A DNA stretch of 64,000 bases from Dehalococcoidia bacterium (GCA_965219085.1 OZ244720.1:512001-576000), one strand, 5' to 3'; positions 36,352 to 48,901 are shown, counted from the first letter of the stretch. Program-made: numbers and translations. The notes: generated by a model from the sequence alone, not told the origin.

Positions 36352-36579
36352 CTACGACCCCAGGTCGTAGATCACGCTGTCGATGTCATCGACGGGGTCG
36401 ACGTCGACGAGGGAGCCGACCAACTCGTCGAGGGGGTCGGGTGAGTCGACGAAGTAATGGGGGAGAAAGGCTCGGACTGCGTCGCGCACGATCGCGGAGC
36501 GCGACGTGCCGAGCCGGGCAGCCTCGGCCGAGAGAGCCTCGTAGATGTCGTCGTCCACGTAGAACTGGGTACGTCGCAT
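36352..36579 (-). CDS. CopG/RHH antitoxin-like protein with no adjacent toxin
   Basis: MRRTQFYVDD...SRSAIVRDAV...DPLDELVG...IDSVIYD. Confidence 0.75.
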   Translation of the reverse strand: MRRTQFYVDDDIYEALSAEAARLGTSRSAIVRDAVRAFLPHYFVDSPDPLDELVGSLVDVDPVDDIDSVIYDLGS

Positions 36580-36633
36580 CGGTTCCAGCCGTCCGTCGCT
36601 GGATTCAGCATGCAACAACGAAGCGGGATGCGG

Positions 36634-38787
36634 CTACTCCGCAGCCGCAGCCGCCACGCCGTTGAGTTCGTCCACCACCGCCAGCAGGTCGCCCACGCGG
36701 TAGAAGTTCACCGCCACGAGGTTCGGGAGCTGGCCACGTTCCGCCTCGCACTCACGCAGCCGCGGCAGCAGCACGTCACGCGCGTTCAGCAACTCGGCGT
36801 CCCCGGGCGAGGGCGAGATGTCCTCGATCCAGTGGTTCACGAGGAACAGTGATGCGTCGGCAGGCCCGCGGTTGCGCTCGCAGCTGAGGTCGTCGACGGA
36901 ATGGAACCGGAACGGCGTCTCCTGCACCACCTCGAACCCTCGATGCAGCCACGGGACGGGCGCGTCCGGCGCGTTCTCCGTCATCACGACCAGCCGCTCG
37001 TTGCGTTCGATGAGTTCGCCGAGGGTCGGCCACGGCGCGGCGACGCCGGGGTGCGCGTAGGCGTAGCGGTCGAGGCCGGCCTCCTCGAACGCCGCGGCGA
37101 TGTCGGCTGCGGGCGCCTCGTCCTGGATGAACACGATCAGCACCTCGGCCGGGTTGGTCACGAGGAAGCGACGGATCGCGTCGAGGCCATCGCGCAGCGG
37201 GGTCGCGCCCAGCTCGCAGAAGCCGTGGCAGAGGTACAGTTCACGGCCGCTCGTCGGGCCGAGCCGCGCGGCGATGCGCTCGCGCGTCTCGACGGCCTCG
37301 ATGCCGTAGCGCTCGACCATCACGTCGCGGTCGCCGCCGAGCAGCTCGGTGGAGACGCCGTTGCGGGCTGGCGAGCCGAACCAGACATCGATGAGGAGGC
37401 CGCGGATGCCGTGGTCGAGCTGCTCGGCGATGTCGTCGCGGTGGGTGGCGAAGAACCAGCCCTCGGAGGCCGCGGACATCGAGTTGTGCGTGGCGGCGAA
37501 GGCCACTTCGTTGAGCGGCCGGTTGCAGAGCTCGGCATGGCCGTTGCAGACGCGCAGTGCGGCTTCGGTGTCGCGGTCGTCGCCGCCGAGGACGCCGAGG
37601 CCGGAGAGCAGGACCACGATGGTGACGACACCGGCGACGAGCAGGGCCGCCACTGCGGCGACGCGCACGGCGGGTGAGAGCCGCGGTCGAGGCGCGGCCG
37701 AGGCGGCCGCGCGGGCAAGGTCCTCGGCGGTGGTGGCGCGCTCGACCCAGAGCAGGCGGATCAGCTCGGCCAGCCCGAGGTAGACGGCCGCGAGGCCGAG
37801 GAGCGCGACGGTGATCTCGATGAGGTCCCGCGGGCTCACGAGTGCGGCCCAGCCGACGAAGACCGCGATGACGGCACGCACCAGCCGTCCGGCGTTCGAG
37901 CCGGGCGCGGTCATGAGTCGCCAGAACCGTTCGGGGGCCTGCGAGGGGCTGAACCCGGCGAACCACGGACTCGCCGCCGTCGCCATCACGGCCCCGCCGG
38001 CCGCAATCGTGACGTTCCACGACCGCAGGTCGCCGAGGAAGGCGTCCCACACGCCCTCGACGGCCGCGCCGGGGCGCCCACCACCGACGAGGGCGGCGAG
38101 CGCGGCCCTCGTGACGTCGAGGAGCACGATCGTCAGTACCGCGACGATGACCAGCGCGATGCCGATGCGCATCACGGCGCGCCGTCGCCCTCGCGCGATC
38201 CCCCACGAGGCCACGAACGCGGCGACCGCGAGCAGCGGCAACACCAGCGAGAGGATGCGCACGCGCTCAGAGACCGTGAGCAGGTCGTGGAGGTAGTCGG
38301 AATCGGCGATCTGGAGTACCTCGGTATCCAGGTCCGGGATCGACTCGGCGAGCTCGGGGTTGAAGTTCGCGAGCGTGGGCTTCACGACGACGGACGCGTC
38401 GACGATCTGGAGCACGATGGGGTCTTCGGAGAACAGCGTGCGGTGCGTCTCTCGCAGCGCGGTCTCGTAGAGCTGCCCGAACGCAGCGCTGCCGATGACG
38501 GCCTGCACGGCCGCCTCGATGAGTGGTCGGGCCGCGATCAGGTCGGGCGAGCCCTCCTCGATGAGCCCGTCGACGATGACTGCCGAGACGTACTCCTGCA
38601 CGTCCTCGTCGTCGAGGGCGCGCACGGCGCGCTGGCTGAAGCCATCGGCGTCGAACAGCACCTCGTCGGCCCAGAGTACCCACTCGGCGGCGACGAGCAG
38701 CAGCGCGCCCGCCACGAGCAGCAGCCACGACGCGACGGGGCGAGGCGCGCTTCGCGTGCGTCGTAGCGCCTCGCCGGCGCGGCTCAC
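36634..38787 (-). CDS. Multi-pass membrane protein with a C-terminal PI-PLC-like phosphodiesterase domain
   Basis: CNGHAELC, ATHNSMS, QLDHGIRGLLID, LCHGFC, PNLVAVNFY. Confidence 0.75.
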   Translation of the reverse strand: MSRAGEALRRTRSAPRPVASWLLLVAGALLLVAAEWVLWADEVLFDADGFSQRAVRALDDEDVQEYVSAVIVDGLIEEGSPDLIAARPLIEAAVQAVIGSAAFGQLYETALRETHRTLFSEDPIVLQIVDASVVVKPTLANFNPELAESIPDLDTEVLQIADSDYLHDLLTVSERVRILSLVLPLLAVAAFVASWGIARGRRRAVMRIGIALVIVAVLTIVLLDVTRAALAALVGGGRPGAAVEGVWDAFLGDLRSWNVTIAAGGAVMATAASPWFAGFSPSQAPERFWRLMTAPGSNAGRLVRAVIAVFVGWAALVSPRDLIEITVALLGLAAVYLGLAELIRLLWVERATTAEDLARAAASAAPRPRLSPAVRVAAVAALLVAGVVTIVVLLSGLGVLGGDDRDTEAALRVCNGHAELCNRPLNEVAFAATHNSMSAASEGWFFATHRDDIAEQLDHGIRGLLIDVWFGSPARNGVSTELLGGDRDVMVERYGIEAVETRERIAARLGPTSGRELYLCHGFCELGATPLRDGLDAIRRFLVTNPAEVLIVFIQDEAPAADIAAAFEEAGLDRYAYAHPGVAAPWPTLGELIERNERLVVMTENAPDAPVPWLHRGFEVVQETPFRFHSVDDLSCERNRGPADASLFLVNHWIEDISPSPGDAELLNARDVLLPRLRECEAERGQLPNLVAVNFYRVGDLLAVVDELNGVAAAAAE

Positions 38788-38860
38788 GGCCGTGCGGCTC
38801 GCATCGGGCTAGTAGAAGCGGCCGCAGCGTCAGTCACGGCGAGGCGACCTCGTGCCCGCA

Positions 38861-39742
38861 TCAGCCGGACGTGCCGTACGCCTCTGCGAACGCGGTCATC
38901 GCGTCGATGTGCTGCTGCGGCGTGCGCAGCCCGGCGTTCATGCCGTTGAAGGTCGCGTGGGTCGCGCCCAGTTCCTCCCAGCCGCGCGCCTCGGCCACCT
39001 GCTCCTCGATCGGCCCTGTGGCGGCCGCGGCGCGTCCGATGAGGGCGATGGCGTCGGGGTCGCGACCGGCATCGCGGGCGTGCTGGCGGATCCGTTCGAG
39101 GGGCGGCAGGACGGTCGCGCGTAGCTCCTCGGGCGAACCGCCGACATTCGTCAGCCAGCCGTCGCCGTACTGCCCGATGCGGCGCAGCACACTGTCGGCG
39201 CCACCGCCGAACCAGATGGGGATGCGCCGCTCCGGACGGGGGTGGATGCCGGCATCGCGGATGGTGTCGAACTCGCCCTCGAAGGTGACCAGGGGCTGCT
39301 CCCAGAGCTGGCGGATGAGCTGCACCTGCTCCTCCGAGCGGCGGCCACGCGTGCGGAAGTCCTGCCCGAGACCCTCGTACTCGACGTGGTTCCAGCCGAT
39401 GCCGACGCCGAGGGTGAGCCGGCCGCCCGAGAGGACGTCGACCTCCGCGGCCTGCTTCGCGACGAGCGCCGTCTGGCGCTGCGGCAGGATGATGATCGCC
39501 GTCACCAGCTGGATGCGCTCGGTCAGCCCGGCCATGTAGCCGAAGAGCACGAACGGTTCGTGGAACAGCGACTCGTGGGTGTAGGGGCCTCCGAGCTGGT
39601 GCTTCGAGGGGTCGGCGCCGAGCACGTGGTCGTAGGCGACGAGGTAGTCATAACCCGCACCCTCGGCGGCCTGGGCGAAGTCCCGGATGGCGCCCGGGTC
39701 GGTGACGAACTCGTTCTGTGGGAAGGTCGTGCCGATCTGCAT
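38861..39742 (-). CDS. LLM-class F420-dependent oxidoreductase (Rv2161c-like)
   Basis: YDHVLG, PQRQTALVAKQAAEVDVLSGGRL, GIGWNHVEY. Confidence 0.9.
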   Translation of the reverse strand: MQIGTTFPQNEFVTDPGAIRDFAQAAEGAGYDYLVAYDHVLGADPSKHQLGGPYTHESLFHEPFVLFGYMAGLTERIQLVTAIIILPQRQTALVAKQAAEVDVLSGGRLTLGVGIGWNHVEYEGLGQDFRTRGRRSEEQVQLIRQLWEQPLVTFEGEFDTIRDAGIHPRPERRIPIWFGGGADSVLRRIGQYGDGWLTNVGGSPEELRATVLPPLERIRQHARDAGRDPDAIALIGRAAAATGPIEEQVAEARGWEELGATHATFNGMNAGLRTPQQHIDAMTAFAEAYGTSG

Positions 39743-39834
39743 ACGTGGCTCCTCACGATGGGTCGGGTCGGGGTTCGCTCATGCTATCGCCGCGCCACGT
39801 GCGGAGATAGCATCGGCGCCACCGAGGGGGAGCC

Positions 39835-40605
39835 GTGAGCGCGCTGCTCGAGGTCGAGGGGCTGATCAAGCGCTTCGGCGGCCACTACGCCGTCGACGGC
39901 GCGACGTTCGGCGTCGAACGCGGCTCCATTACCGGGATGATCGGCCCCAACGGCGCGGGCAAGACGACGTGCTTCAACTGCATCGCCGGCTCGCTCAGGC
40001 CCGACGGCGGGCGCGTGGTCTTCGACGGCGAGGACATCACCGGCCTGCCCTCGTACCGGGTGTTCCGCCGCGGGCTGACCCGGACGTTCCAGATCCCGCA
40101 GGAGCTGAGCGCGATGACCGTGCTCGAGAACCTGATGGTCGTGCCGGCCGGGCAGTCCGGCGAGCGGGTCGTCGACAGCTGGCTGCGCCCGTGGCGCGTC
40201 GCCGCGCAGGAGCGCGCGATCGCCGAGCGGGCGTTCGAGGTGCTCGCCGAGGTCGACCTCGCGCACGAGGTGCACAACTACGCGGGCAACCTCTCCGGCG
40301 GTCAGCGCAAGCTGCTGGAGCTGGCGCGCGCGCTCATGTCGAACCCGAGCATGATCCTGCTCGATGAGCCGAGCGCCGGCGTGAACCCGACGCTCACGCG
40401 TCGCCTCGTCGACCACATTCGAGGGCTCCGCGATCGGTTCGGGATCACGTTCTTCGTGATCGCGCACGACATGGACTTCATGATGCGGCTCTGCGAGCGG
40501 CTGATCGTGATGGCCGATGGTCGCGTGCTCGTCGACGGGGAGCCACTGGCTGTGCTCGAGGACGAGACCGTGCAGGCCGCCTACCTCGGGACGGTGACGC
40601 CGTGA
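39835..40605 (+). CDS. livG: Branched-chain amino acid-type ABC ATPase (LivG-like)
   Basis: GPNGAGKT, RTFQ, LSGGQ, LLDEP. Confidence 0.9.
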   Translation: MSALLEVEGLIKRFGGHYAVDGATFGVERGSITGMIGPNGAGKTTCFNCIAGSLRPDGGRVVFDGEDITGLPSYRVFRRGLTRTFQIPQELSAMTVLENLMVVPAGQSGERVVDSWLRPWRVAAQERAIAERAFEVLAEVDLAHEVHNYAGNLSGGQRKLLELARALMSNPSMILLDEPSAGVNPTLTRRLVDHIRGLRDRFGITFFVIAHDMDFMMRLCERLIVMADGRVLVDGEPLAVLEDETVQAAYLGTVTP

Positions 40606-41348
40606 GCCCGTTGCTGGAGGCGGAGAACGTCACTGCGGGCTACGGCAGCGTGATGATCGTCCACGAGGTCTCGATCCAGCTCGAAGCGGGCGAGCTGGTG
40701 ACGATCATCGGGCCAAACGGGGCGGGCAAGTCCACGCTGCTGAAGGCGATCTTCGGCCTGCTGCCGATCAGCGCCGGCCTCGTGCGGCTAGGCGGAGACC
40801 TCGTGACGGATGAGGCGCCCTCGCGCATGGTGCGGCTCGGCGCCTCCTTCGTGCCGCAGACCGACAACGTGTTCCCGTCGCTGACGATCCGCGAGAACCT
40901 CGAGATGGGCGCCTACCAGCGTAGGCACGGCGTCGCCGAGCGCGTCGACGAAGTGCTCGAGCTGTTCCCGGAGCTCAATGAGCGCACCGGCGAGCAGGCG
41001 GCGCGGCTCTCCGGTGGGCAGCGGCAGGCGCTGGCGATCGCGCGGGCGCTGATGCTCGACCCGAAGGTGCTGCTCCTCGACGAGCCGACGGCCGCGCTTT
41101 CGCCGGTGCGGCGGCAGGAGATCTTCGGACGGCTGATGGCGATCCGCGAAGGTGGCGTGGCGCTGCTGATGGTGGAGCAGAACGCGCGCGAGGCACTCGC
41201 CATCTCCGACCGCGCCTACGTGCTCGTCGACGGCCGGAAGGCGCACGAGCAGCCGGGCCCGGAGATGCTCGCCAACCCCGAGGTCGGCCGCCTCTTCCTC
41301 GGCCTCGACAGTATCGAGGACGGCGAGATGGACGCGGGCGACGCGTGA
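40602..41348 (+). CDS. livF: Branched-chain amino acid-type ABC ATPase (LivF-like)
   Basis: GPNGAGKS, LSGGQ, LLDEP, MVEQNA. Confidence 0.9.
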   Translation: MSPLLEAENVTAGYGSVMIVHEVSIQLEAGELVTIIGPNGAGKSTLLKAIFGLLPISAGLVRLGGDLVTDEAPSRMVRLGASFVPQTDNVFPSLTIRENLEMGAYQRRHGVAERVDEVLELFPELNERTGEQAARLSGGQRQALAIARALMLDPKVLLLDEPTAALSPVRRQEIFGRLMAIREGGVALLMVEQNAREALAISDRAYVLVDGRKAHEQPGPEMLANPEVGRLFLGLDSIEDGEMDAGDA

Positions 41349-42265
41349 TGGACATCCTGCAGCTCGTGATCATCGGCATGGTCGTCGGCTCGATCATCGG
41401 GCTCGGCGCGATGGGGCTGACGCTGACGTTCGGGGTGCTGAAGTTCGCGAACTTCGCGCACGCGGACCTGATGACGCTGGGGATGTACCTCGCGTTCTTC
41501 GTGATCGTGGACCTCGGCTTCGTGGGCGGACGCGTCGAGCCGTTCTCGTTCGGCTGGGGGATGATTGCGGCGGTGCTCTTCGCGTGGGCCGGGGTTGCGG
41601 GCGTCTCGGTTGTCGCGGACCGATTCATCTTCCGTCCCCTGCGAGGGCGGGGGACAGACTTCCTGAGCATCGGGATCGCCTCGCTGGGCATCGCGATCGC
41701 GTTGCAGGCGGTCGTGCAGGCGATCTGGGGCTCGGCGCCGCTGCGTTACCACAGCGAGATCCACCAGGCGTGGACGTTCGCCGGAGGGCTCAAGATCAAG
41801 GCGGACCAGGTGCTCATCATTGGGCTCACGCTGGCGATGGCGATCGGCCTCTACCTGCTGCTGCATCGCACGCGCCTCGGGACCGCGATGCGCGCGACGT
41901 CCGACAACGCCCCGCTCGCCGAGGCGAGCGGCATCGACACGGAGCGCGTGCGCACCGCGACATGGATCATCGCGGGCGCCATGACGGCCGTGGCGGGCGT
42001 GATGTTCGCGCTGCAGTCGCAGCTGCGCTTCGATGCCGGGTTCGAGTTCCTGCTGCTGCCGATGTTCGCCGCGGTCATCCTCGGCGGCATCGGGAACCCG
42101 TGGGGCGCGCTCGCCGGCGGGCTCATCGTCGGCATCTCGCAGGAGCTGTCGACCGAGTGGATCAACACCGGGTTCAAGCCCGGCGTGCCGTTCGCGCTGC
42201 TGATCGTGATCCTGATCGTGCGCCCGCGCGGGCTCTTCGGGTCCGAAACGCAGTGGTCGACGTGA
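41348..42265 (+). CDS. livH: Branched-chain amino acid-type ABC permease (LivH-like)
   Basis: ANFAHAD, TRLGTAMRA, ILGGIGNP, RPRGLFG. Confidence 0.9.
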   Translation: MDILQLVIIGMVVGSIIGLGAMGLTLTFGVLKFANFAHADLMTLGMYLAFFVIVDLGFVGGRVEPFSFGWGMIAAVLFAWAGVAGVSVVADRFIFRPLRGRGTDFLSIGIASLGIAIALQAVVQAIWGSAPLRYHSEIHQAWTFAGGLKIKADQVLIIGLTLAMAIGLYLLLHRTRLGTAMRATSDNAPLAEASGIDTERVRTATWIIAGAMTAVAGVMFALQSQLRFDAGFEFLLLPMFAAVILGGIGNPWGALAGGLIVGISQELSTEWINTGFKPGVPFALLIVILIVRPRGLFGSETQWST

Positions 42266-43371
42266 TGTTGCCGTTCGACGTGCTGACGCCGCTCGCCGGG
42301 GAGGCGCCCGGCCTGTTGCCGCCGCTGATCACGTTCAGTGGTGGCGTGAACTGGACGGTGGGTTTCCTGACGACGGCGGCGATCTTCGCCATCGTCGCGC
42401 TCGGTCTGAACGTGCAGTGGGGCTACACCGGCACGATCAACTTCGGCGTGGTGGCCTTCTTCGGCGTCGGCGCGTACGCCAGCGCGCTGCTCACGCTCGA
42501 CGCCCCCGGGGACTTCGAGAACTACATCGGCGGCCTCGAGTTGCCGATCCCGATCGGCTGGATCGGCGGGATGGTCGCGGGGGGCGTGCTCGCGCTGCTC
42601 GTCGGCTTGCCGACGCTGCGGCTGCGCGACGACTTCCTCGCGATAGCCACGATCGGCATCGCGACGATCCTGCGCAGCATCGCCAACACGCAGGAAGGTC
42701 TGGTCAACCGCGCGCGCGGCCTCAACGGCATCCCCCGACCGTTCGAGGGCCTGTCGAAGGACCTCGGCATCGACTACGACTGGCTACTGCTCGTACTCAC
42801 CTCGCTGGTGCTGCTGGCCGTGTTCCTCGTGGTGCGGGGCGCGACGGCGTCGCCGTGGGGCCGCGTCTTGCGCGCCATCCGGGAGAACGAGGCGACCGCG
42901 CAGTCGGTCGGCAAGATGACGACGAGCTACCGCATCCAGAGCTTCGTGCTGGGCGGGGCGCTGATGGGCCTCGCCGGGGCGATCTGGGCGCACCGCATCG
43001 GCACGATCGCGCCCGACTCGTTCGACAACCTCACGACGTTCCTCGTGTGGACGATGGTGATCGTGGGCGGCAGCGGCAACAACCGGGGCGTGATGCTCGG
43101 CGCCCTCGTCGTCGGGTTCGTGTGGTTCGGGTTGCCGCTGATCCAGGAGCAACTGCCGGACTTCCTCGGCACGCGCGTGTTCATGCTGCGGCGGATCGCG
43201 ATCGGGCTGCTGATCATCGGCTTCGTGCTGTCGCGGCCGCAGGGCCTGCTGGCCGAGGAGGCGCGCGTGAGCCGTTTCGCGCCTCGAGGGGACGGGGGTG
43301 GCGGCTTATGGCCCGGCGGGCTGTGGTCGCGCATCCGCGGGCAACCCGGCGGCGGCGCGGCCTGGCGTTGA
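42265..43371 (+). CDS. livM: Branched-chain amino acid-type ABC permease (LivM-like)
   Basis: LNVQWGYTG, LRLRDDFLAI, SPWGRVLRAIRENE, RPQGL. Confidence 0.9.
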   Translation: MLPFDVLTPLAGEAPGLLPPLITFSGGVNWTVGFLTTAAIFAIVALGLNVQWGYTGTINFGVVAFFGVGAYASALLTLDAPGDFENYIGGLELPIPIGWIGGMVAGGVLALLVGLPTLRLRDDFLAIATIGIATILRSIANTQEGLVNRARGLNGIPRPFEGLSKDLGIDYDWLLLVLTSLVLLAVFLVVRGATASPWGRVLRAIRENEATAQSVGKMTTSYRIQSFVLGGALMGLAGAIWAHRIGTIAPDSFDNLTTFLVWTMVIVGGSGNNRGVMLGALVVGFVWFGLPLIQEQLPDFLGTRVFMLRRIAIGLLIIGFVLSRPQGLLAEEARVSRFAPRGDGGGGLWPGGLWSRIRGQPGGGAAWR

Positions 43372-43386
43372 CCGGTACGCGAACGC

Positions 43387-43416
43387 GAAGCGGGCGGCCG
43401 TGGGGCCGCCCGCTTC
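43387..43416. terminator. Perfect 13-bp stem-loop between convergent genes
   Basis: gaagcgggcggcc-gtgg-ggccgcccgcttc. Confidence 0.7.
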
Positions 43417-43435
43417 CGTCCTCCCGAGCCGTCCG

Positions 43436-44686
43436 TTAGCCACCCAGGTCGAAGGGCACGCTCTCGATGGTCTCGAGGCCGTCGCCGCTGAACTGCCAGA
43501 TCTCGATGAAGCCCGACGGCACGTCGCCATTGGCGTCCCAGTCGACCGAGGTTGCTGCGCCCTCGTAGTTGATGTCGTCGCCGTTGCGGATGGCTTCCAG
43601 GGCAGCCTTGACGCCCTCGGCTCCAGCGATGAAGACCTCACCGCCGGGCCCGCCGATGCGCGCGAGCTGATCGCGGATGGCCGCGCCGTCCGTCGAACCC
43701 GCCGCCTCTGCCGCCAGTGCGATGGCGATCACCGCGTCGTACGTCTCGCGCGCGAACGGCAGCGTCGGCTCGGCGCCGTACTCAGCCGCGTAGGCTGCAT
43801 TCCATGCGACCGTCGAGGCCGCTTCCGGGTTGCTGCCCGGGGCCGTGCCCTTGAACCCGTCGAGCGTGTCGGCGCCGATCGCCGTGATCAGGTCGACGCT
43901 CTTGTTACCGTCGCAGAACAGGAACTTTGTGAAGATGTCGTTCTCGATCGCCTCGCGCAGGAACACCTCGGTCTCCTGGAAGCCGATTGCGAGCAGTACG
44001 TCGGCCCCGTCGGCGGCCGCTTGCTGCAGCTCCGCGAGGTACGACGGTTGCCCGTCGGCCGAGTAGGAGACGAGCGTGCTGGTCCCGCCGAAGGCCGCGG
44101 CGAACGCATCGGCCAGCCCCTGGCCGTACGGATCGTTGCGGTAGATCACGCCGACGTTGGTGAAGCCCTCATCGGTCGCGAGTTGCGCCAGCACCACGCC
44201 CTGGGCGGCGTCGGAGATGGTGGTGCGGAACAGGTAGCCTTCGTCGCCGAGCGTGGTCAACGCCGGCGACGTGGCCGAAGGCGAGATCTGCGGGACGCCG
44301 CTCGCACTGGTCACGCTCTCAGCCACCGCGAGCGTGGCGCTGCTGGCGAGCGGCCCGACGATGGCATGCACACCCTCGACATCGACGAGGCGCCGAGCCT
44401 CCTCGACGGCCTGGATCGCGTCAACGCGTGTGTCGCCGGTGACGAAGGTCACGTCCTTGCCGTTGACGCCGCCCGCCTCGTTGATGTGCTTGATCGCCAG
44501 CTCGACGCCCGTCTGGGTGAACCGCCCGTACTCAGCGAGCGGACCGGAATAGTCGACCAGGAAGCCGATCTTCAGTGCCTCGCCTTCATCCTCGCCGCCA
44601 CATGCCGAGACAGCGAGGCTGATCGCGGTGACCACCGTGAGGAGTAATCCCAGCGGGGATCGCGCGCGGGACCATACAGTGCTCAT
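43436..44686 (-). CDS. Liv-type ABC substrate-binding lipoprotein
   Basis: Lipobox VSAC, INEAGGVNG, QISPSATSP, FRTTISD, YDAV. Confidence 0.9.
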   Translation of the reverse strand: MSTVWSRARSPLGLLLTVVTAISLAVSACGGEDEGEALKIGFLVDYSGPLAEYGRFTQTGVELAIKHINEAGGVNGKDVTFVTGDTRVDAIQAVEEARRLVDVEGVHAIVGPLASSATLAVAESVTSASGVPQISPSATSPALTTLGDEGYLFRTTISDAAQGVVLAQLATDEGFTNVGVIYRNDPYGQGLADAFAAAFGGTSTLVSYSADGQPSYLAELQQAAADGADVLLAIGFQETEVFLREAIENDIFTKFLFCDGNKSVDLITAIGADTLDGFKGTAPGSNPEAASTVAWNAAYAAEYGAEPTLPFARETYDAVIAIALAAEAAGSTDGAAIRDQLARIGGPGGEVFIAGAEGVKAALEAIRNGDDINYEGAATSVDWDANGDVPSGFIEIWQFSGDGLETIESVPFDLGG

Positions 44687-44818
44687 CAGGTGCCCCTTTC
44701 GACTGCTATACGAAGCGGCTTCATACCTCCAGACTATATTCCACGGGAGCGGCATATTGCATCCGCGATGGCACACGCGCACCTCGTCGCTGGCGAGGTG
44801 CGAAGCTACCCTCGCGCC

Positions 44819-45337
44819 ATGACCGACGAACGCACCGAACAGCACGTACCGGGTATCGAGGCGTTGCATCGCGACGACGTCGCTACCGTCGGTGCGCGCG
44901 CCGACGTGGTGCAGGCGCACGGCAACGAGTCGCACTGGTGGAACCACGCCTCGTTCATGCTGCCGTTGATCGGGTTCGTGGTGCTGACGGTCGCTGGCCT
45001 GCTGTTCGGGTGGGCCGAGGCGACTGGGTTCGGGCTGTTCCTCGGCGTGGTGCTGGTGCTGCAACTCCCGGTGGTGTGGTTCACGTGGCGCGGCACCGCG
45101 ACGGCGATCGTGCTGACCGAGGACGGCGCGCTCGCGCTGCACCGCGGCGTCGTGCGTCGCGAGCTCCGCTGGACCGAGCTCGACCGCATCGACCGTGTCG
45201 AGACGTTCGGGAACGTGCGCTGGAAGCTGGTCGAGCGCGGCGGCGAGCACATCAGCATCGAGGGCGAGATCGCGGACATCCCGTCGCTGATCGAGCGTGC
45301 GAGCGAGCTTTCGGGCGTCGCGCCGGACGGCGCGTAA
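44819..45337 (+). CDS. Membrane protein with 2 TM helices and a putative bacterial PH-like domain
   Basis: Two TM helices, then IVLTEDG...ELRWTEL; TACCCT 6 nt before the ATG. Confidence 0.6.
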   Translation: MTDERTEQHVPGIEALHRDDVATVGARADVVQAHGNESHWWNHASFMLPLIGFVVLTVAGLLFGWAEATGFGLFLGVVLVLQLPVVWFTWRGTATAIVLTEDGALALHRGVVRRELRWTELDRIDRVETFGNVRWKLVERGGEHISIEGEIADIPSLIERASELSGVAPDGA

Positions 45338-45415
45338 CCCATCGGCCGCTGCGTGGTACGGCTGCGATGCCGTGGTATAGACTGTGTCATGTGGTAAATC
45401 GAATCGAGGTGCCAT

Positions 45416-45664
45416 GTGCCGCTGGTCGTGACCAAGGTCGATAAGAACGGACGTGTGTTCATCCCGGCGGAGTATCGGCGCGAGCTCGGGCTGAAGCCGG
45501 GCGATCGGGTGGTGGTGGAGCTGTGCGACGAGGAGTTGCGGATCGTCCCCCACGCGGAGGCGCTTCGGCGAATGCAAGAACTCATCGCGCGCTATATCCC
45601 CAAGGAGCGTTCGCTTGTCGATGAGTTGATAGCGGAGCGACGCGCCGAGGCCGCCCGTGAGTAG
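45416..45664 (+). CDS. vapB: AbrB/MazE/SpoVT-type antitoxin
   Basis: KVDKNGRVFIPAEYRRELGLKPGD...SLVDELIAERR; overlaps the toxin gene. Confidence 0.88.
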   Translation: MPLVVTKVDKNGRVFIPAEYRRELGLKPGDRVVVELCDEELRIVPHAEALRRMQELIARYIPKERSLVDELIAERRAEAARE

Positions 45665-46049
45665 TTGGGTGCTCGATGCATCAGCGGCGCTGGCTGTCCT
45701 CCGCAGGGAACGTGGAGCGGCTCGCGTGTCAGAGGCGCTTTCGACTGGCGCGCTCATGAGTACGGTGAACGTCGCGGAAGTCGCGGCAAGACTAGCCGCA
45801 GACGACTTTCCAGAGTCAAGGATTCGCGACGGAATCGAGCTCCTGGAGGTCGATATCGCACCTTTTGACGAGGCCGACGCGATCGCCACTGGCCTTTTGC
45901 GACCGGCGACTCGCTCTCTCGGCCTCTCGCTCGGTGACCGGGCCTGCGTGGCGCTCGCAATCAGAACCGGGCTACCGGCGCTGACGGGCGACCGGGCCTG
46001 GCGCGACATCGCTTCCATCCTCGACGTGGAGGTCGAAGTCTTCCGCTAG
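45657..46049 (+). CDS. vapC: VapC PIN-domain toxin (intact)
   Basis: VLDASA, VNVAEV, LSLGDRAC, LTGDRAW. Confidence 0.9.
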   Translation: MSSWVLDASAALAVLRRERGAARVSEALSTGALMSTVNVAEVAARLAADDFPESRIRDGIELLEVDIAPFDEADAIATGLLRPATRSLGLSLGDRACVALAIRTGLPALTGDRAWRDIASILDVEVEVFR

Positions 46050-46083
46050 TACGCCTATTCGCGCACGCGCGCTCACAGATAGA

Positions 46084-46109
46084 CGAACGAGCGTTCGTTC
46101 GGCTATCAT
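46084..46109 (+). promoter_or_regulatory. LexA box CGAAC-GAGC-GTTCG (46084-46097) and -10 TATCAT upstream of recQ
   Basis: The 13-mer GAACGAGCGTTCG is identical to the recA box; TATCAT at 46104-46109. Confidence 0.8.
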
Positions 46110-46115
46110 GCCGCC

Positions 46116-48476
<2,361 letters not shown>

Positions 48477-48550
48477 CGCGCACTGAGCACAACCCTCAGG
48501 CGTAGCCGTGTCGCGCCAGGCGCGCACCGGCCCGGATCACGGAGGTTTCG

Positions 48551-48901
48551 ATGGAACTGACCATGACTGTCACCGAGGACGCGGCGCAGCGGCTCGGGCT
48601 GATCGTCAACCAGCAGCGCGAGGACGACGCGCAGGGCCTGCGCATCTTCGCGCGCGGCGGTGGCTGCGGCTGCAGCGGCCCCTCGTTCGCGATGGGCATC
48701 GACTCGCCGACCACCGAGGACAACGTGCTCGACCTCCACGGCGTGCGGTTCATCATCGACCCGGTCACCGCGCCGGACCTCGAGGGCGCCTCGATCGACT
48801 ACACCGAGGAAGACCTGATGCGGAAGGGCTTCATCATCGACGCCCCGAACGCACAGGCCGCCGGCGGCGCCTGCGGCTGCGGCGCGGGAGGCGGCCACTA
48901 G
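48551..48901 (+). CDS. HesB/IscA Fe-S cluster assembly accessory protein
   Basis: GGGCGCSG, GASIDY, PNA...CGCG. Confidence 0.9.
   Translation: MELTMTVTEDAAQRLGLIVNQQREDDAQGLRIFARGGGCGCSGPSFAMGIDSPTTEDNVLDLHGVRFIIDPVTAPDLEGASIDYTEEDLMRKGFIIDAPNAQAAGGACGCGAGGGH

Noticed and set aside
43436-46018. 860-aa ORF
   Set aside because: The real SBP starts at 44686 with a lipoprotein signal; the upstream extension is antisense to genuine + strand genes.
48551-48901. HesB-like selenoprotein
   Set aside because: All Cys positions are TGC codons; there is no in-frame TGA.
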